From assembly GCA_043228905.1 (NCBI GenBank), contig JBHGNT010000013.1:1612001-1676000 (forward strand): 64,000 bases of DNA. Direction: 5' to 3'. Position 1 is the stretch's first letter; each line of letters starts with the position of its first letter. A program made the position numbers and the translations under genes. Below are positions 59,543 to 64,000 of this stretch, piece after piece. The DNA comes from Azolla caroliniana. Taxonomy: Eukaryota > Plantae > Polypodiophyta. Below the pieces are notes generated by a model that had not been told where the DNA came from, searched no databases, and worked only from the letters and a program-made list of their open reading frames with translations.

Positions 59543-62500
59543 TTATTTTATGGTTTTCACGTAGTGTGTGGAATACACTACGACACTCGCCCCTTCCGAA
59601 CCCGCACATCCTCCGGTATGTGCCGAAGTTCTCGATTCCTCATATCCGTCTTCACCCAAAGATTCCTCCGATTCTCCTCTTATGTCGACTATGAGTTGTA
59701 ATTCACTTTCTTCGCTTCCCGAATCACCGTGGTCTTCGTCCGATTGCTCCTCGTTGTCGGCCTTGGCTTGGATCACATAGGGTTTGTCGTCGGTCCGCTT
59801 CTTGAAAATCTTCACCCGCTTCCCGGCTATAGGCACTCGTAGTATTGTTCCATCCAACTCGGACAGTCGGTACGTTCCGTTGTCGAAGACTTTACGAACC
59901 TCGTATGGCCCGAACCACCTTTTTGCGAATTTCCGCATCGTTGTATGTTGATGGTCCAAACTACTGTCATAGACGATCACCCAATCTCCTCCTTCAATCC
60001 TCCTCGGTCGTAGTTGGTGCTTTGCGTCGAACCGGCTTTTGTTCCGGAATCGTGCTTCTTGTTGTCGGCGTATTGCTTCCGCTATGTCTGCCGGTCTTCC
60101 CTCTAGTTGTCGTATCCGGACCGCTAGTAGTTCTTCTCGGCTCATCTCTTCCTTCCACGGTAGCACTGTCCATGTTGCGATCACGGTTTCCGTCGGCATT
60201 ACTGGTGCTTGTCTGGTCATGAGTTCTGCCGGCATGTAACCGGTTACGGAGCTATGCGTCGTCCAATCCGCCCATAGTGCATACGGAAGCATCTGCGGCC
60301 AGTCCTTCACCTTTCCATCGCATGCCTTCGCAAGTGCTTTCACGATCGGACTATGTCCTCGTTCGATTTTCCCGTTGGCCTCCGGATTGTATGTTGTTGT
60401 CAGCGTTAACCGAACTCCGTGTTTGGCGAAGAATCCCCTAGCTTTATCCGAGTCGAGTTCTCCCTGGTCCGCAATCACTTGTCCTACGCACCCGTACCTG
60501 CAAAATACTTCCTCCAAAAGAAATTGGCATACCGCGGAACACGTTTTCCTCTGAAGCGCTCGACCTTCTACTTGATTCGTGAGATCTTCCCGAGCTAATA
60601 CCAAGTATTTCTTTTGTCCGATCCCGGTCGGCATGGCCACTATGTCGACCATCCACTTGAAGTTGATTGTCGGTGAGAATGTCGGATGTAACTTATCTCG
60701 ATGTCGAACCCCGGAGTAGACTTGACATTTCTCGCAGCTTTCCGTGAACTCCGCGACATCTTTGTACATTTTCTTCCACCAATATTTTTGCGTGATCTTC
60801 ACAAATGTTGCCCATGTTCCTCGGTGTCCAGCCCAATCGGATTCGTGAAACTCTGACATTATCCGGTTTCGTTGCTCTTTTGTCCCGACTACTCGAAGTG
60901 GTATACCATCCGGTCTTTTCGGCGCCCTCCATATTAATCCGTTTTCCAAGAAGAACTTTTGGACTTGCCTCTTCTTCCTTCGCATCTCGGCTCTTCTTTC
61001 TTTATCGTTTGTTGAATCCTCGGCCTCTTGTAACATCTTTCCGATCATCAAGCTTTCTCCCTCGTATTCTTCTTCCTGGAATTCTCGGATTACTTTTACT
61101 CGGCATATGTGCTCCGACGCGAAGTAGTCTTCGGAAACTTCTTCATTATCCGATTCGGTTATGTTGTCTCCGAACCGAGCCCTTGATAACATATCCGCTA
61201 CCGCGTTGTCCTTCCCCGAGATTTGTCGAACCTCCGGATTAAGCGACTTGACATATGCAACCCACCTTAGCATAGCTACATCCGGTATCGTACAACACCG
61301 TATCATCCCGAGTATCGGAAGACAATCCGTCTCGATCACTACTTCGGCTCCGATCAAATAATCCCGATCCGATTTTATCGCCGACACGACTCCCCACAGT
61401 TCTCTTTTGACTTGTGCATATCCACGTTGCCTTTCGTTGAGAACCTTTGCTCCGAATCGGATCGGATACCGCGAACCATCCGAGTCGGCTTGATTGATGA
61501 CCCACCCGATACCGGTTGGACTTGTATCAACCGTTACTATGATCGGTCGGTCATAGCTCGGCTTCTTAAGTGCTTCCGCCCTCCGAAGTGTCTTCTTCAA
61601 TTTCTTCATGGCTTTGGTGTGTTCCGGTTTCCATTCAAATTTCTTACCTTTCCGCAACAAGTGGTAGAGCGGGTCCGCTATATGTGCATAGTGCGGAATC
61701 CATATGTGATTGAATGCACATGCACCGAGAAACCTTCGGACTTCGGATGTTGACTCACATACTTCCTCCATAGCTTGAATCGCATCGATCTTTGTTGGTG
61801 ACGGTCTTCGGCCGTAGGGCCGACATAGATGTCCGACCACCAATATTTCTTCTTGCCCGAATGCCGATTTCTCCCCGGAAAGTGTTAGGTGCACATCTTC
61901 TAGCTTTCGCAACACTTTCTCGCAATCATGAATATGGTTGACCACGAACTTTCCGCATCCCCGATCATCCATAGTCTCATCTTTTTCTTCTACCGCGCAT
62001 CCTTTCATTGGAATGTCATCGAGGAACGGCATCGTTATCTCCGGAATGCAATCTCGAAGCACCTTGTTCATCGCGTTCATCATATGAGCAACCGAGTTTG
62101 TCGCTCCTTGTGGTAGTGTGCACATTCGGACTAATCCTATCGGTGTTCGCATTGTTGTGATGTCTCGGCTCTCCACGGCTAGTTGGAATTGGTCATATCC
62201 GGAGTATAGGTCTCCGATGGAGTATATCGCACGACCGGCAAAAGCTTCCGCAAATTCGTCCACTGTCGGACCGACTCCCGAGTTTCGGATCGTGACCTTA
62301 TTCACCGGTTGCAAGTCTTGGATAAATCGGAGTGACCCATTCTTCTTCGGAACCGTTGTCGTGCCTTTCGGCTCCGGATCGTTTGCGTGAGTCGGGTGGG
62401 AACCACTGGGGTTTTGGACTAGGAAGAGGAGAGTTTTAAGGCTAATAAGAATATAAATATGTTGTAAGAAAGAGTTATAGTAAACTCGTGAATCCCACGA

Positions 62501-63917
62501 GTGTATTGTATTAGATTAATCAATATGAATATAAGAATATAAACTTCGGTTGAAAGAGAATGATATAGAATTCTCGTGAATCCCACGAGTATAGTTTATT
62601 AATTGGTGTATTTTAGAAACATATCCAGTTTCCAAATATTTTTCACACACAATTACATTGTGCTCCCCATCCTTATGTAGTGATGAGGAAGTCTTAGTAA
62701 TCTATGCTTTTTCTCTAACTATAGACCCCATGCTTTTCCTATAGATAGACTATATGCTTTATCTAAAGTGATCATGCTTTTTTCTAACTTGTGCGTTTTT
62801 TATCATGCACGCTAGATGTGTATGTGTAGCTTTTTCTTTTGTTATGCGTTTTTCTAATGTTTATCCTAGCGTGAATTTACCTTTCTATGTGGGACATCTA
62901 TGCTTTAACACTAATGAAATGCTAGTGTAATGGTAAGACATTACATTATTAACATGGAGGTGCAAGGTTCAAATCTTGCCCTATGCATGTTCCATTTATT
63001 TTGCTATTTTCTTCTATTTCTTCATTTTTTATTGAATCTAATACTATATACGTTTTTCACGTAGTGTACAAAATACACTACGACACCGTGAACCAACGAT
63101 TTGAGTACGGAGCAGTTGATGGCTCTAGAATCCCCATCGCCACCTTCTCCTTGAGCAAGTCAATGACTTTCGGAATATGTGCTCGTGAAACTGGATTCGG
63201 CTTCAGGTTCCACGGTACATGGTCAATCGTGAAGATCACCATCGGCTCCACTATTCTCGGATCGATGCACCCTATCTCCCTTGATGTAAATGCAAACGCT
63301 TTGCCGTGTTGCTCCAACATCTCGCGAAACCGTTCTTCTTCTTTTTGTAATAGGAACCCACCTCCACCGATCCGAAGTTTCTTCCGGGTCTCATCCGTGA
63401 AGGCATGTCCGATATCCACGGACTTCCGAAGTGTCGGATCTCCCGAGACTTCTTTCCTCTTTTGTTCGCTATCGGCGGGTAGTGGTCCCGCGGCCGGTTT
63501 CACCTTCTTCTCCACGGTCTTGTATTTTGTACTTACCATTGCTTCTTCTTTGCGGAGCGTATCCGGCTCCATTTTTGCAATGATATCGTACATCTCGACC
63601 GATTCCACCAGGACTACCCGGTTCCCTTGGCTTTTATCTTCCGCAAGCTCTTCAAGTCGTTGTAGCGTGCTCCCATAGAACACTTCTTCGACTATCCCCA
63701 TGATTTCTTCATCTTCTTTTATTATTGATGCCGACCGCAACTTCTCCTCCACTTGTCGGTATCCTTTCTTCAATCCTCCGGTTACGGTCGTGTACGTAGA
63801 TGCCCCATCCGGACCGATTCGTACATGTTTTGCTCCGAGAGTTTTCTTCTTGTGTGGGGTATTAGGGCTTCTCGGACTATCACTTCCCCACTCCGCAACA
63901 GTCCGCTTTAAAAATCC
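59543..63917 (-). pseudogene. pol: pol of A2 (RT-RH-INT), open except for the solo-LTR insertion
   Basis: ORFs 63078-63773 and 59543-62314 join as YSNRWFTV|PKKNGSLRF; LPQGATNS, FLDDIP, VDTSP, WMVD and WFGPY. Confidence 0.92.
62357..63085 (-). mobile_element. Solo LTR of an A-related subfamily
   Basis: TGTCGTGCC...CTACGACA ends; perfect 4-bp TSD CCGT; ends like family A, middle diverged. Confidence 0.92.
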
Positions 63918-64000
63918 ATTCTCACTTGGGACATGAGTTCCCTCTTGTTCTTTTCGTGATTTGCCGGCACCATTAGGAATTGGACGGATTTCCCACCGTT

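Larger units (their letters stand above)
58883..64000 (-). mobile_element. Gypsy element A2 (3' LTR 58883-59585, pol, end of gag-PR), runs off the right edge
   Basis: LTR similar to 137-840; PPT GGAAGGGGCGAG; left flank ACGT. Confidence 0.93.

Noticed and set aside
59590-59850. Chromodomain at the integrase C-terminus
   Set aside because: Only an acidic low-complexity tail follows GPY/F; no aromatic-cage (Y.VKW.G) motif.

Overview
Eukaryotic (plant-like, probably a non-seed plant) heterochromatic DNA made almost entirely of nested LTR retrotransposons, with no intact host gene. Nesting reaches 7 levels: relic K > decayed Copia D3 > Gypsy B2 > Gypsy G > Athila/Tat-like C > Gypsy A2 > solo LTR. 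Contents: two young intact Tnt1/Tork-like Copia elements (11957-17283 +, 45872-51192 -); 11 insertions of a tRNA-Trp-primed non-chromoviral Gypsy clade (TGTCG...CGACA ends, DHG protease, FLDD RT), including gag-only non-autonomous partners; an Athila/Tat-like element with a large uncharacterised 3' ORF; and a retroposed fragment of the host proteasome adaptor gene ECM29. The most striking signals belong to the Gypsy clade: (1) all 11 target sites are 4-mers centred on CpG or its deamination product; (2) otherwise unalignable LTR U3 regions keep a tRNA-like A-box/B-box module at tRNA spacing; (3) a GGAUUUU-stop slippery site with a covarying pseudoknot lies between PR and RT; (4) a covarying hairpin lies just 5' of the PPT. 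All comparisons were made by eye; no database search was run. Element letters are my own labels.
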